Under the pieces are notes generated by a model, which saw nothing but the letters and a program-made list of their open reading frames with translations, searched no databases and had not been told where the DNA came from. The position numbers and the translations under genes were made by a program. A stretch of 37,692 nucleotides of DNA, from positions 1 to 37,692 of the forward strand of contig JABLTG010000175.1 in assembly GCA_016618085.1 (NCBI GenBank). The letters run 5' to 3'. Positions 21,014 through 33,871 of the stretch are shown here, piece after piece. The DNA comes from Neovahlkampfia damariscottae. Lineage: Eukaryota. The stretch's first letter is position 1, and each line of letters begins with the position of its first letter.

Positions 21014-24000
21014 ATGCAGTTTTTTGGTTCAAATCAAGGCTATTATCCCAATCAAAATGCTTATGATCAATGGATACAAGTAAACACAGTTGATAACTTT
21101 GTTTCAACAACTAGTATGTGTTTTGATAAACATGAAGAAATACTTTGGAGTGGAGGAGCAAATGTTTTTTTTTTTTTTTTTTAACATTTTTAACAAATAG
21201 GGTAAAATAAATTCATACCTATCATCAAAATTCAACAAATATTCTAGTTTTTATGTTTCTAAGAATGACAACTTTGTGAATCAAATTCTTCCAGAACAGA
21301 CTCACATAATTTCACTTTCTAATGATACAATCAAATGTCACTCAAAAGGAGGATTACAATTGCTATCATATAAGTAAGTGTTTGTTTTTTTTTAAAAAAA
21401 AAAGAAATGAGAATTTTTCAAATTTGTTATGTTTTTCTCCTCACGACATTATGAATCGTTCCAAACTTGCAATAACAGGAAATACAACAGATTTATTTTC
21501 TTTAGATATTGTAAAAGAAAAAGTAATAAATCAAACCAAAATGAAAGAAGGTAGTTGTGTTTTAAAATTCGGAAAATATTTAGCTTCAGGTAGTGTCAAT
21601 GGAACTTTAAATTTAATGGATCCAAAATCATTCAAGTTGGAACATTCATTTCCTTGTCATTCAGGAACTATTTCAGATGTCGATATAAAAGAGAATTTAC
21701 TTGTAACTTGTGGTTTTAGTCATCGTTATGGTGAATATGTAGTTGATCAAATGGTCAAAGCATTTGATATCAGAACAAATAGATTATTAAATCAAATTCA
21801 TTTTGCAGGTAAAAAAAAAAATAATAATTGAACAACAAAGCTGGACCTGGTTTTTTAAAATTCCATCCTTTATTTTCAAATTTATTATGCGTTGCTTCAC
21901 AAACTGGTTATTTTCAATTCCGAGATGTACAATCAACAGGAATTAAAACATCAAATATGGGTTTAGTATTTCAAACTTTATTGAATCAAGGAGATTATAT
22001 TGAATCATTTGATCTTTCTTCAAATGGTGAAGTACTTGCGTTCGGTGATTCATCTGGATATTCTCATATTTGGTCATTTTATGATGATTTTCAAATGAAT
22101 AATTATTCAATTGAAACAGAGATACCAATTATACCAAATTTAAAACATGAATATAATGAAAATATTTCATTGAATATTCCAGTTGATTTTACGAATGATA
22201 TATTTCTTTCAGATTGGTTACCTCAATCAAATATACCTATAGGAAAACTTCATCCTCAAATACATCCTCAAATTTTAAATAATTTACAAAAAACTAAATA
22301 TGGAGGTATTGTAAAAAATCCGGGTTTATCAAAATCAAAACATGGTTATATTAATATAATGAAGGATGAAATAAAAGAATTAGTAAGAGAAGAAAAAAAA
22401 ATTAAAAACACGTGTAAAGAATGTTATACCAAGAGAATATAAAAAGATTAAAACATCAGATTTAGAAACAAAAAAGAAAACATTTGAAAAAATTAATTAT
22501 TCCAAATTTAATCAAACTAAATATACAGGTTTAGAAAATAATCTCTTAGATAGTTTTATTAATCCATTTTTACAAATACTTTATAATATAAAACCATTAA
22601 GAATTTCATTTTTAAATCATTTATGTGATAAGAAATATTGTTTATCTTGTGAATTAGGTTTTTTATTTTGTAAGAATTTTAAAAATCTCTTAAATTTATT
22701 CAAGATATGATGCAAAAATTAGAAAATGAATCTAAAGAAAAGACATTTGATGCTCATAATTTTTTAAGAACTTTTCGTCATTTGAAAGTTATGAACAAAT
22801 TAGATTTATTTTTTAATCAAAATACACCAATTGATATTTTAGTTTTTGAATTTAATAGATTTTTAATGATTGAAATTTATAATGAAACAGTTAAAGATCA
22901 ATATGAAATTTTTGATTCCACTTTATTTAAGAAGTCATTTATCCAATCAAATTTTTTGAACAAACAAAATTTTTTAAATCTTTTATTTGGATTTGATAAT
23001 ATTTCAATTTCAACTTGTTCAAATTGTGGTTTTAGTAAAAAAAATCAACAACATCAGTTATTATTTGAATCAAAAAAATTAAAATATTCTTCATTTGAAA
23101 ATTTAATGAAAAATGTATTGACAAGTTTTGAAAAAACACAAAATTATTGTTCAAATTGTAAGAATTATTCAATTTTTGATGAATCAAATATGACTTCAAA
23201 TCTACCAACCATATTTAATTTAAATCTTCCATCAGTGAATCTATTTTTTTTTTTTTTAATTTTTTTAAAATAGAATTTTGATTCAAAATTTGAAATTTCT
23301 GAAAGATTTATTATTTCAACAGATAATTTTGGATGGAAAATACAAAGTTTAAAAGAAAATCAAAATTTACCTTCCATTAAAACTAAATCAACTTGTTATG
23401 AATTATCTTCAATTATTTCAATCATTAAGAATCCATTAAATGAAAATGATCGTGGTCATATTGTAGCTTATATAAAAAAAATGGAAAATGGAAAATCAAA
23501 ATGGATTCTCTATAATGATTTTAATGTTTCTTATGTATCTAATCCATGGAAAAATAAACCATGGAAAAATCATTGTGTTTTATTTTATCAAAGAGTTGAA
23601 ATTAATTCAATTATACCACAAATTAAATTTAAAAATCCAATTGTACCTACTATTTTATGTTTAGAAGCTCAAAAGTAAATTCAAAAAAAATAAATTCAAT
23701 CTCAACCCTCTTTAAAGTCTTAAAAATTTAGTCAAAACATTTTCAGCTTTAAATTTTAATGAATTACCAAAAAAAGGTGATCGTGTTGCCATTGACACAG
23801 AATGTATTAATATAACTTTAAATAATAGTTCAATTTTAAGTATTGGTAGAATTTCAATTATTCGTGAATTTGATAATGTTCCATTTATTGATGATTATAT
23901 TGAAACTGATGAAGAAGTATCAGATTATTTAACAAGATTTTCAGGTCTTCAAGTAAAAATTTATTTTTCTAATTGAAAAACGAAAAAATAATAGATTGGT

Positions 24001-24513
24001 GATTTAGATTCAAAAACATCTTCTCATTTGACAACAAATTTAAAAAGTTCATATTTAAAAATTAGAGCTCTTATTGATTTAGGTGTTATTTTTGTTGGTC
24101 ATGGCTTAGATCAAGGTATCTGAAAGAAGTATATTTTTTTTAATTCTTTTTCAAATTAGATTGGAAAATTTTAAATTTGATTGTCCCTCAAAATCAAATT
24201 ATTGATACAGTTAAATTATACCAATTACCAAATCAAAGAAAAATTGGATTAAGATTTTTAAGTTTTTATTTACTTGTAAGAGAAAAAAAAGGAAATAACT
24301 TTTAAAAAAAAAAAGGGAAAAGATATACAATCAGAAATTCATGATTCAGTTGAAGATGCAAAGATAGCATTAGATCTTTATCATTTATATTTAAAATATC
24401 AAGAATTAAAAAAATTTGAACAAGTTTTATCAAAATTATATGAAATTGGAAGAAGTTGTAATTGGCAATGTGAAGAATTAAAAGAAATTGATGAATTATT
24501 TCAAATAAAGTAA
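21014..24513 (+). CDS. PAN2: PAN2 deadenylase catalytic subunit (WD40, UCH-like, DEDD exonuclease)
   Basis: HSGTISDVD..NLLVTCG, GLENN, CLSCELGFLF, VAIDTEC, FIDDYI, DYLTRFSG, FVGHGL, IDTV, LRFL, HDSVEDA. About 10 short introns. Confidence 0.93.
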
Positions 24514-24533
24514 CCTTTTTTATTAAAATGCAT

Positions 24534-25536
24534 CTACAAAATATCGCAACCTAAGACTTAATTTAAAAAAATAAAAAAAAAAAACTTACAACCAGATTCT
24601 TCTGAATTGTCATTAAAGTTAGGACAATTCTTTACAAAGTTCTCAACGTTAAATGGCAATTCTTTGTAAAGTTTAATTCTTGGATGTTCTTTAAACATTT
24701 TTGATACTTTTGAAAGTTTGACTTGTTTTTTTGAATATGACAAGACAGGACCGTTAGCTAATTCTTTATCCATCAAATAAAGAGCAAAAACCATAACTCT
24801 AAGATATTGATCAGATGGATTTTTTTCATATTTTTCAGTGCATGATTTAATGATATGAATCATAAGTTTATAAAAACTATAATTTCAGTTTAAAAAAAAA
24901 AAAAAAAACTTACTCTTTGATTTTTTCACATTCTTTTTTAAGACCTTTGATAATATTATTTGGGTTGACAAGAAAGAATCTTAAAGTTTCATCGTCACTC
25001 ATATTGTAATCTTTTTTGACATGTTGAATAGCTCTTCTATACATGGAAAAGTCATTGTTTAAACCTGCTTGCCATGTTTTCAAATAATCAACAATAAGAA
25101 CAGCGTCAAGAGCTTGAATAATTTCTTCACTTTCATCGTCACATGGAGCAGCACTATCAAAACCCTCTGTCAATTTTCCGAAGTGTGTTGTTAAAGTACT
25201 GAGACTATTGTCGTACCAGCTGTTAATATCTCTCATCTTTTTTTTTTAATTTATTTTTTTTTTTAAAACTTACTTTCTGAGTTTGTGGTTGGAGTTTTGC
25301 AAAGTTTTCATTATACAATTCTTTCTTGTTTTCTGAATCACCTTTAACTTGTGCTAATTCCGGAATGACACTTTTATATTGATGGATTATGGTAAAGTGT
25401 TTTACAGCTTCACTAAGTAAAGTTTCCTGTTTTCGGAATTTAGATTTAAAAAATATATTACTAAAGGTCCTCCTGTTTTAATTTTAATTTCTTTATAGTT
25501 TTAGAAATAAGAAGAGTTTTTACCTTCTTCACTCAT
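24534..25536 (-). CDS. Stand-alone CYRI/CYFIP Rac-binding domain (DUF1394) protein, about 273 aa, with C-terminal CaaX
   Basis: LNNDFSMYRRA, LRFFL, YLRVMVFALYLMD and QVKGDSENKKELY resemble DUF1394 motifs. Six exons (introns 25491-25523, 25427-25461, 25237-25273, 24877-24913, 24551-24589) give a continuous frame ending GCCDIL*. Confidence 0.8.
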
Positions 25537-25929
25537 GATAAATGCTTAAAGTTTTTGTCGTTGAGAAAGAAATGTCCAATCAGAATGTTGTTCTTTCGAA
25601 TTGCTATTGGTCAATTATTTTTATTTTGAGTCAAGAGATTGTTGTTCATTGGTCAAATTCATCTAAAAAAAAAATAAAGTTCGAAACTGTGATATTCTTA
25701 TTTATTATTGAAAAATATTGTTATGAAAAATATTTTTTTGTAGGTTGAAAAAAAGTGTCTATTTTAACAATTCAGATTTTTCAAGGAATGCTTCATATGT
25801 TTAATGGCTAAATATTCAAAAACATTGTCCGATGTCTGGTCCATTTATCTTGTGTTAATTTTTTTGTTGGAAAGTTTTAACGGATTTTTCTCTCTCTCAT
25901 TTTCAATTGGTCAGTTTTCTTTTTTGTCA

Positions 25930-28900
25930 ATGACTGAAGAAAAAGAGGATAAATCCTCTGTATGGAAACATAGCGAAACAAATCAACTGTATATTGTACC
26001 AAAGTCGATACCAAAGAATGATTTATCTTTGTAAACAAAATCTTTTTCTTTTTTTTTAATTTTTTTTTTTTCTTTAGGTTTGGGTATGTACGAAATAAAA
26101 ACGAAGAAGAAGATGGTTCAACTGCTTCAGATTTTTCAGATAGTGATGATGACGATGTATATTCATCAATAGGAACACCTATAAATTACCGAGATTCAAT
26201 TGCTATACAACCTGATGATTTATCTTCTTTACTTGGAGTTGAAGAAAAGAAAAAGAGTAAAATGGAAGCTCTTTTTGCAAAAAGACATAACTCTGTAACA
26301 TCAAATAGTTCTGATGGACCTGGTTTTTTTCAAAAAAAGAATCAAAACAATTTATTATCCGCTGTTAGAAATCAATTGAGTCAAATTGAAAGTGATGAAA
26401 TTAATGGTGTAAAAGCTTTATTGTTATGTGTAAATTCACCTTTTTTACATGATGGACATTCAGATTTAGAAATCATGTCACAAGAAGATCAAGTAAAAGA
26501 ATATTTTGAAGTTATATCACATGGATTTAAACTTTCAAATACAAAGATAAAAGATTTTGAAAAATATTGGGAAGAAGTTAAAAATTATGATCCACTTTTA
26601 TCATTAGAACAACAACAAAAATTATTAAAAGATAATAATCATCCATTTTTTTATAAACATAATGTTAAAGGTGATTTAAAAGAATTTCTAGAAGAAGAAA
26701 GTAAAAGATTATTGGAAGACGTAAAACATATTAAAAAAGAATTTCATTCACAATCTGACTTTAAAGCAAATTTGAATGTTTCATTAACTAAAGTTAATTT
26801 TGGAGAAGCTGATAAATTTTTAACACCAAAAAGAGAATATACTTATTCAGTTAAAGTTGAAAATACAACACTTTCATCAAAAGTATTAATTGTTGATCCA
26901 GAAATGTCATTTTTAGAATGGAAATCACCTTTAAGTTTTGAAACAACAAAAAAAGATGCATCAATTTTTATATCATTAAAATATAAAACAATGTTTGGAA
27001 AAAAAAGTGCATTTGAATTACAAATGAAATTATCAGAATTAATGACACAATTTTCAAAACCAGACGCAAATTGGGGAAAAAAAACGTTTACATTAACTTT
27101 ACCAATATCAGAAAGAGATTTACCAATTGGAAATGCAACTTTAGTTTTTAAATTAAAATATAGAAAAAAATATAAAGGAAAAGAACAATTATTAACATTA
27201 GATTCACATAAAATATATTCAATTATAATTAAGAATTTTATTTTATCAAGATCAAAAAGAAAAACAAATTTAACTGTTTTTACACAATTTGAAAAATCAT
27301 TATTAGATGAATTTACAAGACAAAATTATATTTCAGAACCATATAAAATTGGTTCTTTACTTTTAAATATTTTAGATTGTAAACATAAAAAATTAATTAT
27401 GACATTTTCTGATGTTATTCTTGATGGATTAAATAAATTATCAAATTATGAAAAAAATAATGAAATTTTAACAAAAATTGAAGCATCAATGAAATCAAAT
27501 GCATTTAATTTATCAAAACAAAGATCAGAAGAATATTTAGGTTTTTATTTACAACATTTTACAATTAAAAAACATAATTCTTCAACAATTGAATTAGAAA
27601 AATTTGTTTCAATTTTTAAAATTTTTTATAAAGAAAAAATTGATTTTTTTGAAAAAGTTATAAAAAAAACTGTTGATTCAGATTTTTCATTAATTATTGA
27701 AGAATTAACAGAATCAAAAAGTGAAGAAAATGAAAATATAACTGCATTTCAACTTTATCAAATTTGTGAAACAATGAAACAACATATGGTTAAAAATGAT
27801 GTTACAATTTTATTTCCAAAAGAAGAAGATGATTATTCAACTGAAGTTGTTGAAAGATATTATGAACTTTTTACAGAAAAATTGAATGAATTTATTAATA
27901 ATGGTGAAAAAGAACATGATATTTTTAATTTATTAAAATTATGTGAATCAATAGTTACTCTACATCAATCTATTTCAACTTTTATGAATGCCAAACAAAA
28001 AGAATTTAAAATTCAATTTAATCCATTTGAAATTGCTAATAAATATGCAAATGATTGGATTGAAGAAATGAAACAAAAATCAAATTCAATTGTACAAGAT
28101 TCAATTGCTGTTGATTTCTTTTCTCCTCTTGAAGGTTCAAAATATTCAACTTCTTTTGTTGATATTTTTAGATCATTTTATGAAATTTGTTCTTTAATTG
28201 AACATTTAAAATTTGAAGATCAAAATGTTATAAATTCAATTTCAACTATAATTTGTCAAGCATCAATAGAATATACACAATCAATAACTGAAATTGCATT
28301 AAAAAAACAAAATGAAGATGATGAAGAATATCAAAGAGAAGAACAAGAACAAAACGAAGAAGAGAATGATTCAATTCCAAAGAGTAAAAGTAATGGATAT
28401 TTAACATTTGGTGAATCAAAATATTTAACAAAAGATTTTATTGTTATAATGAATAATATTGTTTCAGCAAGAAAACAATTACTTTGTTTATTGGATCAAA
28501 TTTTAGAAAATGATAAAGAAAGAAAAGAAATTGAAGAATTAAAAGAAAGAAAATATTCAAATTCTGAAATAATTGATCAAGCATTAGCAGAAGATTATTT
28601 TGATAATTCATTAATTTTTCATTCATTAATATCACCATACTTAAAATTAATATCAAGAAATATTGATGAATTATCCAATTATATTGTTTCAATTTTTGAA
28701 ATTCCTTTAAATAAATTTATTGAAAATTTTAAGAAATTAGATACAACAAATCATTCAACAGTTGAATCAATTGTACAAAATTTTAATGAAATTTTACAAA
28801 AAGAATTATTTGATGTAATTTTAACACCAAATATAAAAATATTAAATGAACAATTTTATGGAACACTTGTAATTATAATTGTTAAAAAGATTTATAAATT

Positions 28901-30618
28901 AATAATTGAATGTTTAACTGATTTATTTTTAGATGAAATGAAAAAAGAAGTTAAAAATGATTATTTAGTTTCAATGATTACAAAATTATTAAATACTTTA
29001 ATTCCATATTTTGATCCACCTACATCAGGTGTTACTATTATACCAAAAGAATGGATGAATTGGAAATCAAAAGATTTAATAGATTTATTAAAACAATCTG
29101 CAGGTGATTCAAAAAAAATTGATTTTCTTTCTATTCAAAAAATGAATACAGAAAAAAAATTACAAGAAAAAAAATCAACTGAACAACATCGTTCTTTTAG
29201 TAGAAAAAATTCAGAACATAAAGATGGAAATCAACAATCTGAAGGAGATCAAACAAAATCTCTATTTACAAAATTTGGAATTGGTCAAGATGAAAGATTA
29301 ATTGATAGTAAAAAAAATAAAATAAATTAACAAAACAATAGGATTTGCATGTATTCATGATAAAGTTAGTGGATTTTGTTATGTATTTACAGAATATGTT
29401 TGTTTTTCAAATATGTTTAATTCTGATTTATTTGTTATTCATTTATTAGATATTATGTCAATTGAAAAATCAAAAAAAGGAATTAAACTACGATTAAGAT
29501 CAGGACAATCAATTTATTTTTTAGGAATTGCAAATAGAACACAAGCATTTATAACAATATCTCAACAACATACATATATAAGAAGAAGATCAACAAATTC
29601 AATTATAAATAAATCAGATGCACCAAGATCAAAAGATGCAAAAAGATATATAAATTTATTTGGTTTAGAAGATACAGAAAATTTAGTTAAATGTATTGGA
29701 TGTATGAAAGAAAGAACACCTGGAACTTTATATATTGGAACAGTTCATCTTTGTTTTGATTCTCTAAATCGAGCACAAAAGAATACTTTAAAAATACCAT
29801 TAAGTTCAATTTTAATAATTCAACAAAAACAAACATTGATAAAATTGAAACAACATTTAATTTTAACTTTATTTACAAATAATATGGAATGTGAAGAAAT
29901 TGTTTTAGTTTTTACACCAAGTAATGGAAAATCAACTGTGAAAACTATTGTATCTGAAGCATCAAAATTAGGTAGAGTTATAAAAAGTGATGTTAAATGT
30001 GTATTTGGTGTTTCATTAAATGAAGTACCAAAATATAAAGAAACATCAATTCCATTACCTTTAGTTAGAATTGTTGATAGAGTTGAAAGTTCAATTGAAT
30101 CACAAGGTTTATATAGAGAATCTGGTTCATCTAAAATTGTTCAACAATTAAGAAAATTATATGATCGTGGTGATGATCCAGATTTAATGAATTATCATAT
30201 TAATGCATGTTGTTCTCTTTTAAATGAATATTTTTTGACTTTACCAAAAGGTCATTCTTTAATTCCATTGGATTTATATAAATCATTTATGAAACTTTCA
30301 GATTTTAAAAAAGAACAAGATCAAGTTAAAGAATTGAAAAAATTGACTGAACTTTTACCTTTGATTAATCATGATACTTTAGGTTTTTTGATTCAACATT
30401 TATGTAAAATTAATGATAATTCTCAATTTAATTCAATGAATGAAAAAAATCTTGGTATTGTTTTTGCACCAATATTTTTTCATGGTTGTATGCAATCAAC
30501 TGTTTGGAAAGAAGTTCAATTACAACAAGATATAATTTTACTTTATATGAAATTTAGAAAAGATTTATTTCCAGAAGAAGTTGTGAAAGAAAAAGTACAA
30601 GTATCTTTTAAAGTATAA
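25930..30618 (+). CDS. Large protein (about 1535 aa): C2-like, Munc13-homology (MUN)-like, two GRAM domains, RhoGAP
   Basis: RhoGAP: VFGVSL...GLYRESGS...NSMNEKNLGIVFAP. GRAM: FGIGQDERLIDRFAC...GFCYVFTEYVCF and FGLEDTENLVKCIGC...GTLYIGTVHLCF. MHD1-like: DWIEE...AVDFFSP...YSTSFVDIF. Introns 26031-26077 and 29308-29341 keep the frame. Confidence 0.8.
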
Positions 30619-30781
30619 AAATTTCATTTCTCTTTTTTAAATCTTCTCATTTCAAAATCTTTTGGTTTGTTTTCGCATTCATTTTCGATTTAGGTTTGAG
30701 TTTGATTCATCATTCATTGGTTAGGAGAATATTAAACCAATCATTTATAACATTTTTTTAAACGGTTAATTTATTCACAAC

Positions 30782-31973
30782 ATGGATGCAAGAAGAATAA
30801 AAAAAACAGAAAAAAAAGAAGGAAAACTTGCTTTAATTACAGGAATCACTGGTCAAGATGGAGGATATTTAACTGAATTTTTAATTGAAAAAGGTTATAA
30901 AGTGTTAGGAATTTTAAGAATAACGAGTGTTACAACAACTGAAAAAACACAATACTTCAAAAAATTTGGTGATGGTGTTGAATTAATTTATAGTGATATG
31001 ACAGAGTAAAAAAAAAAAAAAAAAATTAAACCAAACCAAATGGTAGTTTTGGTGAATTAATTTCAATTTTAAAAGAATTTCAACCTGATGAAATTTATAA
31101 TTTAGCAGCTCAACAAAATATCAAAACATCATTTGATCAACCAGAATATGTGACTCAAGTTTCAGGTTTAGGAACTTTAAGAATTTTAGAAGCTTTAAAA
31201 ATTACAGGATTAAAAACAAAATATTACAATGCAAGTTCATCAGAATTATTTGGAAAACAAGAAGAAGGAAAAAGACAAAATGAAACAACGCCTTTTTATC
31301 CAAGATCTCCATATGCTATAGCAAAGCGTAAGAATAAAAAAAAAAAAAAAACTGAAAAACAAAAAGTCTATGGTTATTGGATGTGTGTTAATTATAGAGA
31401 GGCTTATGGAATTCATGCATCTAATGGAATTTTATTCAACCACGAATCAGAAAGAAGATCACCAGAATTTGTCACAAGAAAAATCACTTCAAGTGTAGCT
31501 AAAATTAAATTAGGAAAATTAGACTGTTTATATTTGGGTAATATTGATTCAAAAAAAGATTGGAGTCATGCAATTGATGTAGTTGAATCAATGTGGTTAA
31601 TGTTACAACAAGAAGAAGCAGATGATTATTGTATTTGTTCAGGAGAACAACACTCAGTAAGACAATTTTGTGAAGATGCTTTTAAAGCAGTTGATATTAC
31701 AATTGAATGGAAAGGAAAAACAGGAACAGTTGAAGAATATGGTATTGATACAAAAACACAAAAAAAAGTTATTGGAATTAATCCTGAATTCTTTCGTCCT
31801 ACAGATACAGCGTATGATTTTATTTTATTTATTGTTTTTTTTTTAGTTTTATTTGTGGTGATCCAACAAAAGCTGAAAAAAAATTAGGTTGGAAAAGAAA
31901 ATATACTTTCAGTGAAATGATTGCAAGTATGGTGAAAAATGATCTTGAATTAGTTGCTCAAAATAAACTTTAA
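30782..31973 (+). CDS. GMD: GDP-mannose 4,6-dehydratase
   Basis: [56 protein letters not shown]...[14 protein letters not shown]. Three introns. Confidence 0.93.
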
Positions 31974-32120
31974 GTTTCAATTTATTTATCTCAGTACCAT
32001 AAATTTTTCAAACAAGAGCCCTTGTTGTCTATGAAATATTTGGACTGGTGATGTTATTTTTTCAAGTTCTATTCACATTCACAACAAAAAAAGAAAATAT
32101 GTTTTTGAATAAAAAATAAT

Positions 32121-33768
32121 TTAATCTAAATCTAAATCTTCTGGAACATAAGTTTTTTCTTTTTCTTCTTCTTTTTTCTCTTCTTTTTTTTTCTCTTCAA
32201 CTTTTGATGAATCAACTTCTCCAATTTCAATTTGATGACCTTCTTCAACAGTATCATGTTTTAAAATGAATTTTTCCAATTCTTCTTTTTTTAAATCATC
32301 AATTCCAGCAAAGATATCTTGACCACCTTCTAAAACCATTTGTTGTTTTAATTCAATTAATTCTTGCATTGAAAGATCCCAAAGAGTACCAATAGCTTTT
32401 TCTACACCTTCAACAATAGCCATTTCAAAAAACATTTGAGTAACTTCATCATCAAGTTCTGAATCTTGAAAGAAATCATCAACTTTCATATTTTCAAGAG
32501 TATCTTTTGATGTTTCAACAATCAAAGCTTGATTTAATCTTTTCATTCCACGACTCATTGTATATCCAATAAATCCAGAAAATGCTTTTGATAATCTATA
32601 TCCTAACATTTTATCTAATGCAGCAGCACCAAGTCTTTCTTGAAATTTTAATTTATTAAGATAATCTTCTTGTAAGCCTAAAATACCATCTTTAAATGTA
32701 CCAGCTGTTAAAGGCCATCCCCAAACAACAAATAATTTAGCACACATTCCAGCTACTTTTTTAATAAATTCACCTGATAAATCAAGAGAAATATCTTTTG
32801 TTGTATCAATAACAATTTCTTTTGCTCTATTATCTTTTTCCATTAAAGAAGCAGTTTGTGAATACATAAATGCATCTTTTGCTAATTCAGGTAATAATTC
32901 AGATGTATGTTCAATTAATTTTTGCATTCCAAATGTTTCCTTAATTGTTTAAATAAATATCTTTTCTTACTTCAAGAACTTCCATATATGAACATTCAGA
33001 ACATTCAAGTTCTTTTGTTTCTTCATCAAAAAATACATCATCACTAACACATTTTGGACACCATGATTGTGTAAATGTTTTTCTATTTGCTATACAAAGA
33101 TGAATTCCTTTGTTATTTGGTAATTTTTCTTTTTCAATAACTTCTTTAACTGCTTTAATTGCTTTTGAATCAGCTAAATCAACTTTATTTAAAATAAAAA
33201 TAACAGGTGTTGGATTAAAAACTTTTCTCACAATATCAGCTTCAAAATCTTCAATTCTACCTCTTCCTGTATTAATAACATACCAAACGACATGAATATG
33301 TTCAGAAACGTCTTCTTTTCCTCTTAATTCATTGAAGAATTTTCCAGTTTCTTCAATAAATGATTTATGTTCTTTCCATTCTAAACCTTTTGAATCATAA
33401 ATAACAACTGGTTTATTTTCAGGTTCAAATTTTTGAAAACTATATTTAAAATTTAAAGAGAACTTTTTTTTTTAATACTGTTGTGTTACAGGCATACCTG
33501 CACCTGATTCAGCTACTTTTTCTCCAAAAACTGCGTTAATCAAAGATGATTTTCCAGCACCTGTAATACCAGCAAGTAAAATGTTTGGTTTTTTACAGGC
33601 TTTAGTGCAATCATCAAAATGTTCTTGAAAACTTTTCACTAAATTTTCAGTTTCTTGAACTGAAAGTTGTTCTAATTTATTTTCAATATCTTTATTGATA
33701 GAAATATCTTCTTCTTTCATTTGAACACCTTTTTCATCTTGTGGTTCGATTTGTTTGTTGTCGCTCAT
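32121..33768 (-). CDS. TRAFAC GTPase A (bacterial DUF697-associated/MMR_HSR1-like) with Cys4 insert, about 525 aa
   Basis: G1 GITGAGKSS, G2 PVT, G3 DSKG, IHVVWY, G4 NKVD, CPKC-x15-CSEC, then a helical C-terminal domain. Introns 33440-33478 and 32940-32970. Confidence 0.85.
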
Positions 33769-33828
33769 TTTTTCAATTTTTTTGAAAATGCTAAACTTTT
33801 GATTTGTTGTTGAATTAGAATCATTCCT

Positions 33829-33833
33829 ATTGG
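33829..33833. promoter_or_regulatory. CCAAT box (ATTGG) in the 103-bp divergent spacer of the GTPase pair
   Basis: CTATTGGTT between ATG 33768 (-) and ATG 33872 (+). Confidence 0.6.
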
Positions 33834-33871
33834 TTATTAAAAAATTCCGAAAAAGCAATACTCAAGGTTGA

